A program made the position numbers and the translations under genes. 64,000 nt of DNA from Oscillospiraceae bacterium. GTDB lineage: Bacteria; Bacillota; Clostridia; Oscillospirales; CAG-272. Each line of letters begins with the position of its first letter. Position 1 is the first letter of the stretch. Of this stretch, positions 42,992 through 53,154 are shown in pieces. Below the pieces are notes generated by a model that searched no databases, was not told the origin of the DNA, and saw nothing but the letters and a program-made list of their open reading frames with translations. Location of the stretch: positions 15,375 to 79,374 of the forward strand of contig SVUJ01000007.1 of the NCBI GenBank assembly GCA_015063305.1, read 5' to 3'.

Positions 42992-45259
42992 ATGATTAAT
43001 TTGATCTTTCCAGCAGCAGCGTTAGGCTTCGCTTTGCTACTGATCGGCGGGCTTTGCATTTTGAAATATTTTAAGATCAATATTGCGCACATAACAAAGG
43101 CTCTTGCAGCTATCTTGTTTTCGGTATCCTTTGTCAGATATTTTTATAAGAAACCTGCAATCTACAACTTGAAGGGCCTTGATGATGTTTTATCGCCCTT
43201 CAACGCAGAAGCGGTGAATATCGGTCAAACATCGTTGGCGGTAATGTTGATCTGGTTTTCTTATGCGGCAATTTTAATGACTGTTGTCAGCGCGTTTTTT
43301 AATTATAAAACGCTCCGAAGGATCGTTAATCTGTTCGCCTTGCCGGTCTTCGCGGCTATACTTGTTTTATTTGAGACCTACGGTATAGCAACGCTCGGCA
43401 CTGAGGCGTATGCTTTGTCCACAAAGCGTTTGTGGGTCATGGCGGCAGAGATCGGTGTTGCGATCGCGATAATTGTTGCAAATATCATTATTGACGGAAA
43501 ATTTGAAATTCCTAAGAACGTCAAAGATGTGGGGAATTATTTTTACGGATTGATCTTTGCAGTTCTTGCTATAATGCCGTGCTACGTGATTCAGGCGTTT
43601 ATCGTTGGCGTTGATCCCACAATAAAGTTCTATGATCTCACGCCCGAGCACAGAATTTTGTTTTATATCTCCATTCTTATACCTATCGTAGGATATAAGC
43701 TCCTCAGAAACAAGCCCACCGAGGTCAGCAGGATGATCCTCATATACGCTTCCTTGGCGTTTCTTTGGATATATATCGGAAGATGGGAGCTGGCTGAATT
43801 TAAGAATCTCGCGAATTGGCCGCTCCACTTGTGTAATACAGCGATGTTCTTAACGCCCATTTGTCTTGTGTTCAAGACAAAGAGGTTGTTCAATTTCTGT
43901 TTGTTCGTAAATGTTCTCGGAGCGTTTTTTGCAATGCTTATGCCTCACGCCATTGTTGAGGCAGGACCGATTGGAACAGAACGAATTTCCTTCTGGCTAA
44001 ACCATTATGCAGCCTTCGCGATGCCGCTTTTGATAATATCGCTTAAGATATTCAAGCGTCCCAAGTTTAAACAGTGGGTATACGCGCTTATAGCCTTGAC
44101 TGCTTATTTTGGTTTGACACTTTTCCTGAACGCTTATCTGACACAGAAGAACGGAGAGGTTTGCGACTTCTTCTTTACAAACAGTGACTTTATCGTTTCG
44201 AAGCTCGGTCTTTGGGCAGAGCGTACCCGTGACTTCACCTTTGTCGTTAATTTCAAAGGTTATGATTTAACCTTCTATCCGATCTATCAGGCATTGTTCC
44301 TGTCGATTTACTTTTTACTTTCGGTTGGAGTTTGGTTCTTGTACGGAATAATGTTCAACGCGATAGATGCAGACGAAGATAGATGGAAGAGAGAAAGGGA
44401 TTATAAGAAAATGAAAAAAGATCTTAAGAAATATCTTGGCGGTAAGCCCGAAACAGCTTCAATAAACGGAAACGACGAGCCCAGCCTCGTTCTCCGCAAT
44501 TTCTCCAAGAGATACGGAAGCAATAAGCATTATTCTGTAAACAACGTGTCTTTCGAGGTTAAGGGCGGAGAAATATTCGGATTTCTTGGCCCGAACGGAG
44601 CAGGTAAGTCCACTATTATCAAGAGTATGGTCGGTATTCAGACCATAACCTCGGGAAATATAGAGATCTGCGGATTTGACGTAGAGAAGCAGCCCGTTGC
44701 CGCAAAGATGAATACGGCGTTCGTTCCGGACCACTACGCTCTTTATGAGAACCTCACCGGAAGAGAATACATAAACTATATCGCCGATCTTTTTGAGGTA
44801 AGCAAGGCAGACAGAGATGCGTTTATAGATAAGTACGTTGATCTGTTCCAGCTGACAGGCGCGTTTGATAACCAGATGAAGACATACTCTCACGGTATGA
44901 AGCAGAAGATAACTATTATGTCTGCGCTGGTTCACAATCCCAAGGTATGGATACTTGACGAGCCGCTTACAGGTCTTGACCCCACAAGTATTCACGAGGT
45001 CAAGGAGTGCATGAAGGAGCACGCCGCAAAGGGAAATATCGTATTCTTCAGCTCTCATATCATTGACGTTGTTGAAAAGCTTTGCGATAAGATCGCTATC
45101 ATCAAGAAGGGTCAGCTTCGCGCTTATAAGTCTATGCAGGAGCTGAACGAGCAGGGAATAGAGCTTGAGCGCTATTACCTGGATATCATATATGACGGCA
45201 ACGATGAGCACGTTCCTTATGTAGAGGAAGAAAAGAGTGACGTGGAGGCAAACGCATGA
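42992..45259 (+). CDS. fusion protein: YwaF/TIGR02206-like polytopic membrane domain (about 490 aa) plus a C-terminal ABC transporter ATP-binding domain
   Basis: [14 protein letters not shown] motif in the membrane part. Walker [10 protein letters not shown], signature YSHGMKQK, Walker B WILDEP, H-loop SSHI. Confidence 0.8.
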   Translation: MINLIFPAAALGFALLLIGGLCILKYFKINIAHITKALAAILFSVSFVRYFYKKPAIYNLKGLDDVLSPFNAEAVNIGQTSLAVMLIWFSYAAILMTVVSAFFNYKTLRRIVNLFALPVFAAILVLFETYGIATLGTEAYALSTKRLWVMAAEIGVAIAIIVANIIIDGKFEIPKNVKDVGNYFYGLIFAVLAIMPCYVIQAFIVGVDPTIKFYDLTPEHRILFYISILIPIVGYKLLRNKPTEVSRMILIYASLAFLWIYIGRWELAEFKNLANWPLHLCNTAMFLTPICLVFKTKRLFNFCLFVNVLGAFFAMLMPHAIVEAGPIGTERISFWLNHYAAFAMPLLIISLKIFKRPKFKQWVYALIALTAYFGLTLFLNAYLTQKNGEVCDFFFTNSDFIVSKLGLWAERTRDFTFVVNFKGYDLTFYPIYQALFLSIYFLLSVGVWFLYGIMFNAIDADEDRWKRERDYKKMKKDLKKYLGGKPETASINGNDEPSLVLRNFSKRYGSNKHYSVNNVSFEVKGGEIFGFLGPNGAGKSTIIKSMVGIQTITSGNIEICGFDVEKQPVAAKMNTAFVPDHYALYENLTGREYINYIADLFEVSKADRDAFIDKYVDLFQLTGAFDNQMKTYSHGMKQKITIMSALVHNPKVWILDEPLTGLDPTSIHEVKECMKEHAAKGNIVFFSSHIIDVVEKLCDKIAIIKKGQLRAYKSMQELNEQGIELERYYLDIIYDGNDEHVPYVEEEKSDVEANA

Positions 45260-46914
45260 AAAGTCTCAGTATCCTTGTAATGATGCAGCTCAAGGAACAG
45301 ATGAACTTTAAGCGTCTTAAGGCGGAGAACGTAAAAGCGTTCCATATATTGCTATCGGTCGTTGGTTCGATCGTTAAGTTTGCGTTGGTCACCGCGCTTT
45401 GCTACGCATTTTTGTTCGTATCGAGATATCTCGGTCTGTTTACTATGCAGGGGCTGCCCATACCGGATTCGGTGATATCACTGATTTTCTCGGTAATGCT
45501 TTTGATGTCGGTAATATCCTGCACAGTAGGTCTTACCAAGTCTATGTACTATGCAAGAGATAATGCGGTCCTTCTGACCCTTCCTTGCACTGCCTTGCAG
45601 GTATACCTTTCCAAGCTTATCATATTTTTCATATTTGAGGTAAAGAGAAACCTTTCTTTCCTCGTTCCTATGTTCGTCGCGTACTATATAATGCACTCAT
45701 ATTCGCCTTGGGCGTATTTGTGGATGCTTTTCTGTATGCTTTGGGCATCGCTTTTCACAGTAGCGATCGGAGCGATATTTTCGATTCCCGCTATGTGGAT
45801 AGGCAACTTTTTCAGACAGCATAGATGGCTTCAGATGTGTGGCTTGGCAGCTACGGTCATTGCAGCATCGGTTGCTTTGTTCTATGCTATATCTCTTATT
45901 CCCGAGAACATCGACCTTGTTGCTAACTGGACGTCAATCTTTGGCCGAGTCCATGATTTCTTCAGGGAGTACGCTAAGAAATTTACTTATTTGTACGATT
46001 TCACACGTATGCTTTTGGGAGAGAATTCCGATTTGTCAATTTATTTCCCGATAGGAAGAACACTGCTTCGTTTTGCTATTCTCCTGGGATCTACCCTTGC
46101 TGCGCTTGTTGCGGGACTTTTGATAGTTAAGCCTCTTTTCTACAAGATGGCAAGTACACCGTTTGAGTATCTTAAGAAGGCCGTAAAGCCGAAGAAAAAC
46201 GGAAAAAAGAACAAGGTGTGGTCGTCTGTCTACACCAACTTCCTGATCACGGTAAAGAATACGAACGCGATGTTTTCAAACGTTGGAATCCTTATAGCAG
46301 TTCCCATGCTTATCTTCCTTCTTAACAAGGTTTTCCTTGCTATGAAGACAAGAGAGATGGGCGACCATATGATAGTGGCGTTCAATGTGCTTATTATCCT
46401 TCTTATTGTTTTGAATTCCAACTGCGCTATATCGAGCTTGTATTCAAGGGATGGTCAGAGCATATATCTGATCAAAACGCTCCCCTCTAAATATACCTTG
46501 CCGGTTATCTCGAAGCTTATACCGAACACGGTGTTCGGCGCGCTGGCTATTCTGGTAACTGCGCCCATCCTCAAGATAACGCTGCCCCTGGCATTGGTTG
46601 ACATAGTGCTTATAACTCTCGCAATAGAGTTCATATTTATAGCGCATATGCTCTATTCCGCGCAGCTTGATTTGATGAATCCGCAGAACCAGCTTTACGC
46701 AAGCGTTGGAAGCACGGTTTCGAATCCTAATGAAACCAAATCCACACTTTATGCATTTTTGATCTCGTTCCTTACTGCGGGAGTAGTTTTCTTCCTGCTG
46801 CTTGAAGGCGAGGGATATGTTTACGTTAAGCTCATACTTGTATCGCTTGGTGTATTGATCTATAGAATGTGGATGTTCTTCTCAATGCTGAAGCTTTACT
46901 ACAAGGAGAAGTAA
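45256..46914 (+). CDS. large polytopic ABC permease ('putative ABC exporter'-type)
   Basis: 552 aa, at least 10 predicted TM helices, 4-nt overlap with the ATPase gene. Family call is from memory of YthQ-like proteins. Confidence 0.6.
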   Translation: MKSLSILVMMQLKEQMNFKRLKAENVKAFHILLSVVGSIVKFALVTALCYAFLFVSRYLGLFTMQGLPIPDSVISLIFSVMLLMSVISCTVGLTKSMYYARDNAVLLTLPCTALQVYLSKLIIFFIFEVKRNLSFLVPMFVAYYIMHSYSPWAYLWMLFCMLWASLFTVAIGAIFSIPAMWIGNFFRQHRWLQMCGLAATVIAASVALFYAISLIPENIDLVANWTSIFGRVHDFFREYAKKFTYLYDFTRMLLGENSDLSIYFPIGRTLLRFAILLGSTLAALVAGLLIVKPLFYKMASTPFEYLKKAVKPKKNGKKNKVWSSVYTNFLITVKNTNAMFSNVGILIAVPMLIFLLNKVFLAMKTREMGDHMIVAFNVLIILLIVLNSNCAISSLYSRDGQSIYLIKTLPSKYTLPVISKLIPNTVFGALAILVTAPILKITLPLALVDIVLITLAIEFIFIAHMLYSAQLDLMNPQNQLYASVGSTVSNPNETKSTLYAFLISFLTAGVVFFLLLEGEGYVYVKLILVSLGVLIYRMWMFFSMLKLYYKEK

Positions 46915-46916
46915 TT

Positions 46917-47315
46917 ATGAAGAAATCAGTAGTTATAATTATAGCGCTTATTTACATAGCTTCGATAGCCTTGGTAAGCTTTTTTGGATTGCAGTTCAAG
47001 GTGTTTGAGGAGGTTATCCCGGTTGAACGTATAGAGATCATCAACGACGGTCAGAAGTACAGCGAATCACAGGGTGACTATATTGTAATACGTCCTAACG
47101 AAAAGGGAGAATTACGTCTTAAGATAGATTATCGCGTTTATCCCGAAAACGCGTCCAATACAAAAGTTGATTTTGCCTATGAAGAGGTTGATTACGCTAC
47201 GGTGGATGAATACGGAGTTGTCACGTTTTCAAGACCCGGTATATTAAAGGTGAGAATTATAGCCAAGGACGGCAGTAACGCCGAGGATACCTTGCTTATA
47301 ATTGCAACCAAATAA
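46917..47315 (+). CDS. membrane-anchored protein with one Ig-like (Big_2-type) domain
   Basis: N-terminal TM helix. NTKVDFAY...ATVDEYGVVTFSRPGILKVRIIAKDGSNAEDTLLI matches the Big_2 pattern. Confidence 0.65.
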   Translation: MKKSVVIIIALIYIASIALVSFFGLQFKVFEEVIPVERIEIINDGQKYSESQGDYIVIRPNEKGELRLKIDYRVYPENASNTKVDFAYEEVDYATVDEYGVVTFSRPGILKVRIIAKDGSNAEDTLLIIATK

Positions 47316-47471
47316 CCACTATTGGGCTTATCAAAATATATAAGAAAAGAGAAAGGTAGGGCAGATAACAGAGAAATTAAAATTACAATTGAATATTAGT
47401 TTAAGTTTATCAGAAAATTCAACCACAACCTATATTTTGTAGTTAAATCCTGGTACGAAAGGAAGAAAATC

Positions 47472-50400
47472 ATGAAAAAAAGGTTATTAATTTTAATTAT
47501 AGCAGCACTTGCAGTAGTGCTATGTTTTACTGCGTGTACACCAAAAGAACAAAAAGAAGAAGCAAAAGCAAACATAATCTCTATTAAGGTAGTAGAGGGA
47601 ACTGTTCCCACACAGGTCAACATAGGCGAGACCCCTGATTTCTCAGGGATCAAGGTGCTCGTTACCTTTGATGACGAGACAACAAAAGAAATCGGCTTTG
47701 CAGATGTTAAGATCACCACACCGGATACAACGACCGAGGGTAGCAAAAACGTTACCGTTAGCTACGAGGGCTTTTCTACGAAGTTTGAGATAACTGTAGT
47801 AGACCCCGAAGCTACCGCTACCGTAACGGCTATCAAGATAGTTCCCGGTTCTATTGCTTCAAAGTATTACGTAGGACAGACGGCTGACCTTTCCGCACTT
47901 CAGGTTGAGGCAACCTATAGCACGGGAACGGTAAAAGCGCTTCCCATAAGCGAATATACGTATACTACTATTGATACTACCACAGAAGGCAAAAAGACCT
48001 TCACAGTAACTTATACCGCAAATGCCGCGCTTACCGACAGCGCAGAGGTTGAGGTCATAGGCGTATCGGGAATGACAGTAGTAACCGGTACTGTTAAGAA
48101 CAAGATCGCTGTTGGTGAGGTTCTTGACACCTCCGCAATCGAGGTTCTTGTTAAGTACAAGGACGGAGCGCAGAATGCCGTTAACATCGGAAGCCTTAGT
48201 GTTGGAACGATCGATTCAACAAGTTATGGTACAAAGTCACTCGATATAACCTACAATGGCTTTACTGTTCAGTATCCTGTTGAGGTGGTCGGAGTTGTTT
48301 CCTTGACAGCAAACAAGGGCTCTTACCCCGAAAAGGTACTTTACGGCGGCACACTTGATACAAGTAATATTGCTGCAGTAGTTAAGTATAGCGACAACAC
48401 AGAGAAGACTCTGACAGCAGCCGACCTTACAATAGGTACTATCGATACGTCGTCGATTGGCAAGAAGTCGCTTAAGGTATCCTATGGCGGCGTCCAGACC
48501 ACCGTTGAGATAAACGTTATCGGTGTAGATACCATTACGGTTGTAAACGGCAGTATTGCCAAGGAGATCAAGAAGGGCGCAGCTCTGGACAAGAGCAACG
48601 CAAAGATCAACGTTAAGTATACCGACGCAAGCACAGAAATAGTTGGAGCTGATAAGCTCACGTTTGGCGCGTTTGACGTGAACGCGGCGGGCGAGCAGAC
48701 TCTTTCGATCACATATCTTGATAAGACTGTAAATTATACAGTTAAGGTTTGTACCATTACTAAGATAGTTGTTGAAGGTATTGAAACCGTTGTTCCCGCA
48801 GGAACACCTATCAACCTTTCGAGTATGACTGTTAAGGGTGTATATAACGATACCCTTGAGAGCGAGATCACACTTACCGACGGCACTATCACTACAAACA
48901 AGGACAGCCTTGATCTCAACGCAGAGGAGAAGACTCTCGTAGTATCCTATGTCGGTACATACGGTTCGTTTAGTGCTGAAGTTATCATATCTGCGATAGC
49001 TCCCGAGCTTGCAAGCATTGAGATAAGAAATTACGACGCTTACATCGGAATTGGCGGAACTTATGATAAGTCCAGCGTAGTGGTATATGCTCACTATGCA
49101 AACGGAACAAGCAAAAAGATTACGAGCGGATATACTGTAACTAACATTGCGACCAACGCCGTTGGTGATGTAACGCTTACTGTCTCGTATGAGGGAAAGA
49201 CCGACACCAAGACCGTTAAGGTGCTTCCTATTGTTAGTATCGAGGTCAGCGGTATAGCAGATAAGGTATATAGAGGCGAAACACTTGACACCTCGGGTGT
49301 CAGCGTATTTGTGACCTTCTCTGACGGCACATTTACCGATTCACGCATGGTTGGTATAGCTGACGGAGTTACAGTTAACGGTGTTGATACCGCGACCAGC
49401 GGTTCTAAGCAGCTTACCGTATCCTATCTTGGAGCGGAAGCGACGGTAGATTACCACGTTAAGGGCGTTGTTAGCATTGAGATACTTGGCGGAAGTATTG
49501 ACACAGCGCTCAGAAACGGATACACTGTGGATTATTCCGAGCTCGTTCTTAAGATCACCTATACGAACGGCGATGAGGAGCAGAGATTTGCAAGAGATCT
49601 TACAGGTGTTTCTTACTCCGGATACGAAAAGGGCTCAACACTCTTCACAGTTACATACGAGAATAAGAGCGCTCAGCAGGCGCTCACTCAGATCGCAGTT
49701 GTGGGTATCTCCGCGCTTAACAATACCATTCCCGCAGAGATACGTCAGGGTCTCACCCTTTCCTACGATTCGATCAGACTTTCTGTAACATACAGTAATG
49801 GCACGGTATATCTCATCCCGCTTACCGATCCCTTTGTAACCGTAAATCCTGCGGTATTTGATAGCAGCACACCCGGTACAAAGGCTATTACATTCGTTTA
49901 TAACGATGGCACAACCGCAAAGGAAACCAGCGTAAACGTTCTGGTAAAGGGTATCACAACAGTTGAGATAGTCAGCGGTGTAAAGAACGTAGTAATTCAG
50001 AATAAAGAGGTTGACACGAGCGATCTCTCTGCAAAGGTAACCTATACCGACGGCACTTATGTTTACGTAAAGGCCGGAACACAGGGACTTACCATTCACC
50101 CTGTTAACACCGCAACGGTAGGTAACACCACCCTTACAGTCGACTTTATGGGCGTTCAGGCAACTATGGTCATTACGGTAAAAGAGGCATCTAAGCTTTC
50201 GGGACTTATCTTTGGAGCGCTCCTTCCCGACGAGCTCGTTGCAAGACAGAGCTACAAGACAAACTTCAAGGATGCTACCAGCGCTTACCGCGTAGGTGAC
50301 GATAACCCCTATTACTTCTACCTCAACGTTATTCAGCTTGATGACAACGACAACATTGTAGACGTTGATGGCAGAACCGTTCCCACAGCATCCAAGATAT

Positions 50401-52034
50401 ACCTTATAGAAAACGGCTCCAAGACCGAGCTTACGGGCGCGGCTCTTACCAATATGGTAAAGTTTGTTTCTGCGGATAACTCTTACGATTTCACCGAGGC
50501 TGCTGTAGGCAAGACCTTCGAGCTTGAGATATGGCCCGCAGATCCTAACAGCTACGTTGACAAGTCAAGTGTAACCAAGACACACACAGTAACCGTTGTT
50601 GACGGCTGGAACGTATACAGCGCAAAAGAACTCAACATCATGACCAACGTAGAACATGATCTCACACAGGGTGAGTTCGGTCCTGAGTATACTATCAATC
50701 AGAAAACAGTCGTTACAAACTTCCTGGCTAAATACGGTATAACAAGACCTCAGAATCTTGCGGGCGTTGTACTTCATTGCAACATTGACGTTAAGCCCGA
50801 GGATCTTCCTCCCGAGTACTTCTATGAGTATAAGGACAAGAACGGAGTTCCCAAGAAGGAATTCTACGACCATTTCAGCGTATTCAACATTGGATTGACT
50901 ACCGCTCAGAAGAGCTTTAGCATCTACGGAAACTACTATAGCGTTTATTCTTACAATCTTCCTTGCGTAGCTCCGAAGAACGTTGCAAACAATGATGATG
51001 ACTTCTCGTCGAGCCAGCTCTTTAAGATCAGACTCTATTCTAGCAATATCACCGATGAGGATATGTATGGTGCAATAGATTCAACACTCTTTGATAACTA
51101 TTCGGCTAATATTTATGACCTCGCAACAAGAGATAACGACCCCAACAGTAACGACCAGACGGCAAGTGAAAGACACATGAGAGGTCTTATCTGCTACAAG
51201 GTTGGCGAATGTGTTACTAATATGACCAACGTAAACGTAGAGGCGTATATGACTTCTGCGCTCGTTGAGTGCGCGGGTGCAACCCTGAACCTCAACAAGG
51301 TCAACTTCTACAACGCATGGCAGGGTCACCTCTTCCTCTGGAATGATAACGAATATCAGAGACATCACATAGGAGAGGATACCGAAACAAAAGATTATGT
51401 TAAGGATCTTGTGGTGAATATCAGAGAGTCCTCACTTACAAAGTGCGGCGGACCTGTAATTATAGCCCAAGCTGCAAATACAGATGTAGCGGCTAATAAC
51501 CAGAACGGTATTCAGGTCATAGTTCACGACGATAGCCCGATCCATACCTACGTAACGGGTCAGGAGGCTTGGTTCGTAGCGGTTGGTCAGACACAGCTGG
51601 CGGCACAGATCAAGACGATGAGCTTGCCTTTGAGTGCTGCTTCCGGCGGTCACGGATATCTTTCCACAAGCAAGATACAGGGCGTTGAGACCGTAAATAT
51701 GGTAATGGTATCTATGGGTACCGGAGTAAACCCCTTGGGAGTGGAGACTAACGTATCCTTCGTAAGAAAGGGTGTTGTAGCGCTCCAGTCTTCAAGAAGC
51801 TCCTCCCGTGCAGAATTCCAGAATCCGTCGGTGAAGGCGGTTCAGGCTGCAACCGCGGCACAGAACAACGGAGTTGCTGCTCCTATATTCCAGACCAGCG
51901 GCGGCGGACTTTCTTACATTAACGCTTCGATGGCTTGTGTACCTGCCGGAGGTGATCTTACTGCAGGTGATTACGTTTCGCTCTATTATCAGGGAGCAGG
52001 AATCCTGGTAGAGTATTATCACCCGCAGCAATAG
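47472..52034 (+). CDS. 1520-aa surface lipoprotein: 11 tandem Big_3-like Ig repeats plus a roughly 640-aa C-terminal domain of unrecognised family
   Basis: Lipobox CFTAC. Recurring ...G.K.LTVSY.G....V.V.G modules. The C-terminal region has no motif I can assign. Confidence 0.8.
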   Translation: MKKRLLILIIAALAVVLCFTACTPKEQKEEAKANIISIKVVEGTVPTQVNIGETPDFSGIKVLVTFDDETTKEIGFADVKITTPDTTTEGSKNVTVSYEGFSTKFEITVVDPEATATVTAIKIVPGSIASKYYVGQTADLSALQVEATYSTGTVKALPISEYTYTTIDTTTEGKKTFTVTYTANAALTDSAEVEVIGVSGMTVVTGTVKNKIAVGEVLDTSAIEVLVKYKDGAQNAVNIGSLSVGTIDSTSYGTKSLDITYNGFTVQYPVEVVGVVSLTANKGSYPEKVLYGGTLDTSNIAAVVKYSDNTEKTLTAADLTIGTIDTSSIGKKSLKVSYGGVQTTVEINVIGVDTITVVNGSIAKEIKKGAALDKSNAKINVKYTDASTEIVGADKLTFGAFDVNAAGEQTLSITYLDKTVNYTVKVCTITKIVVEGIETVVPAGTPINLSSMTVKGVYNDTLESEITLTDGTITTNKDSLDLNAEEKTLVVSYVGTYGSFSAEVIISAIAPELASIEIRNYDAYIGIGGTYDKSSVVVYAHYANGTSKKITSGYTVTNIATNAVGDVTLTVSYEGKTDTKTVKVLPIVSIEVSGIADKVYRGETLDTSGVSVFVTFSDGTFTDSRMVGIADGVTVNGVDTATSGSKQLTVSYLGAEATVDYHVKGVVSIEILGGSIDTALRNGYTVDYSELVLKITYTNGDEEQRFARDLTGVSYSGYEKGSTLFTVTYENKSAQQALTQIAVVGISALNNTIPAEIRQGLTLSYDSIRLSVTYSNGTVYLIPLTDPFVTVNPAVFDSSTPGTKAITFVYNDGTTAKETSVNVLVKGITTVEIVSGVKNVVIQNKEVDTSDLSAKVTYTDGTYVYVKAGTQGLTIHPVNTATVGNTTLTVDFMGVQATMVITVKEASKLSGLIFGALLPDELVARQSYKTNFKDATSAYRVGDDNPYYFYLNVIQLDDNDNIVDVDGRTVPTASKIYLIENGSKTELTGAALTNMVKFVSADNSYDFTEAAVGKTFELEIWPADPNSYVDKSSVTKTHTVTVVDGWNVYSAKELNIMTNVEHDLTQGEFGPEYTINQKTVVTNFLAKYGITRPQNLAGVVLHCNIDVKPEDLPPEYFYEYKDKNGVPKKEFYDHFSVFNIGLTTAQKSFSIYGNYYSVYSYNLPCVAPKNVANNDDDFSSSQLFKIRLYSSNITDEDMYGAIDSTLFDNYSANIYDLATRDNDPNSNDQTASERHMRGLICYKVGECVTNMTNVNVEAYMTSALVECAGATLNLNKVNFYNAWQGHLFLWNDNEYQRHHIGEDTETKDYVKDLVVNIRESSLTKCGGPVIIAQAANTDVAANNQNGIQVIVHDDSPIHTYVTGQEAWFVAVGQTQLAAQIKTMSLPLSAASGGHGYLSTSKIQGVETVNMVMVSMGTGVNPLGVETNVSFVRKGVVALQSSRSSSRAEFQNPSVKAVQAATAAQNNGVAAPIFQTSGGGLSYINASMACVPAGGDLTAGDYVSLYYQGAGILVEYYHPQQ
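47570..50190 (+). repeat. in-frame tandem array of 11 Ig-like modules of about 75-80 aa inside the giant lipoprotein gene
   Basis: Module ends: NVTVSYEG, TFTVTYTA, SLDITYNG, SLKVSYGG, TLSITYLD, TLVVSYVG, TLTVSYEG, QLTVSYLG, LFTVTYEN, AITFVYND, TLTVDFMG. Confidence 0.8.
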
Positions 52035-52068
52035 GATAAATTTACTCTAACTCAGAACTAATAAAAAT

Positions 52069-52100
52069 ATATCCCCCCGTAAGATTTTACGGGGGGATAT
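52069..52100. terminator. bidirectional terminator
   Basis: ATATCCCCCCGTAA-GATT-TTACGGGGGGATAT. Confidence 0.85.
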
Positions 52101-52105
52101 TGTTG

Positions 52106-52981
52106 TTATTGAATGTCTACAAGCTCTCGGCGTATAACCTCCGCTATAATGCCCGTGTTGAGCTCCATAGCGTCGGGGGGATAGCTTAGCTTTATATCTT
52201 CGTGATAGAAGTTCTTTCTGAAATGCTCGGTAACGTCCGCTTTAGTGCCGCCGTTTCTCAGTATATCCGCAACGGCGTTTGCGTAATTTATCGAGGCGGA
52301 TTCTATATTGTCAAGATAGAACTTGGTTTGCTCCTTGCTCAAAAGTCCGAGGTGGGGGAGAAGAATGTTTTCAATATCAAGCGCCTTTGCCTTTGCGATA
52401 GAGTCAAGCGCCATTCGGTATCCCACAAGGTAGGAGGGGAAGATCGTCTCCTTGCCGTCATAGACTCCGAGTGTTTCGCAGGAGAGCAGAAGCTTGTTTT
52501 CGATAAGATAAAACGCCACCGAGCACTTTGTGTGGCCGGGCAGAGCTATCGCACGGAAGGTCATATCTCCCGCCTTTATCGTATCTCCGTCCTGGACGGC
52601 GATATCCGCTTTAAGATCGTCTATAAGGTCTTCATATTCGCTCACTCCGCATTTCTCCGCGAATTTGCGGTCAAGCGAGCGCATAAGCTGCTTAGCCGAG
52701 TCCTTTGCGAATATCTTGAAGGCGTATTCTCCCGCAACCACCTTTGCTTCGGGCCAATATTTGAGCGCGTATACCGAGCCCAGAGCGTGGTCGTAATGCG
52801 AGTGAGTAAGAAAGATATAATCGAGCGAACGTTTGCCAAGCGCCGCCTTTATCTTGTCGGCTACGGCATAGCCCGTGAAGGCAAAGCCTGTGTCATAAAG
52901 GATGGCGGTCTTTCCGTCGTCTATTAAAAATGCGCTGTCACCGGGGTGGGCGCGCACGTCGGTAATTTTGAGGTCTATCAT
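52106..52981 (-). CDS. MBL-fold metallo-hydrolase
   Basis: FLTHSHYDH motif and LPGHTKCS. Confidence 0.85.
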   Translation of the reverse strand: MIDLKITDVRAHPGDSAFLIDDGKTAILYDTGFAFTGYAVADKIKAALGKRSLDYIFLTHSHYDHALGSVYALKYWPEAKVVAGEYAFKIFAKDSAKQLMRSLDRKFAEKCGVSEYEDLIDDLKADIAVQDGDTIKAGDMTFRAIALPGHTKCSVAFYLIENKLLLSCETLGVYDGKETIFPSYLVGYRMALDSIAKAKALDIENILLPHLGLLSKEQTKFYLDNIESASINYANAVADILRNGGTKADVTEHFRKNFYHEDIKLSYPPDAMELNTGIIAEVIRRELVDIQ

Positions 52982-53075
52982 ATAAACTCCTTTTCAAATT
53001 TTAACAATGAAATTATACCATAAGAGCCATTCATTGTCAATCCTGTGTTTTTGAGCTTAAATCATAGAAATATAC

Positions 53076-53104
53076 TTGAAAAAGACGACGGTATGCTTTA
53101 TAAT
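53076..53104 (+). promoter_or_regulatory. promoter TTGAAA-17-TATAAT
   Basis: Positions 53076-53081 and 53099-53104. Confidence 0.55.
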
Positions 53105-53154
53105 GTAGATAGGTTTTATTAAAGGGGAAGGAGAGCCAAGCTTCGAGGGTAAAA

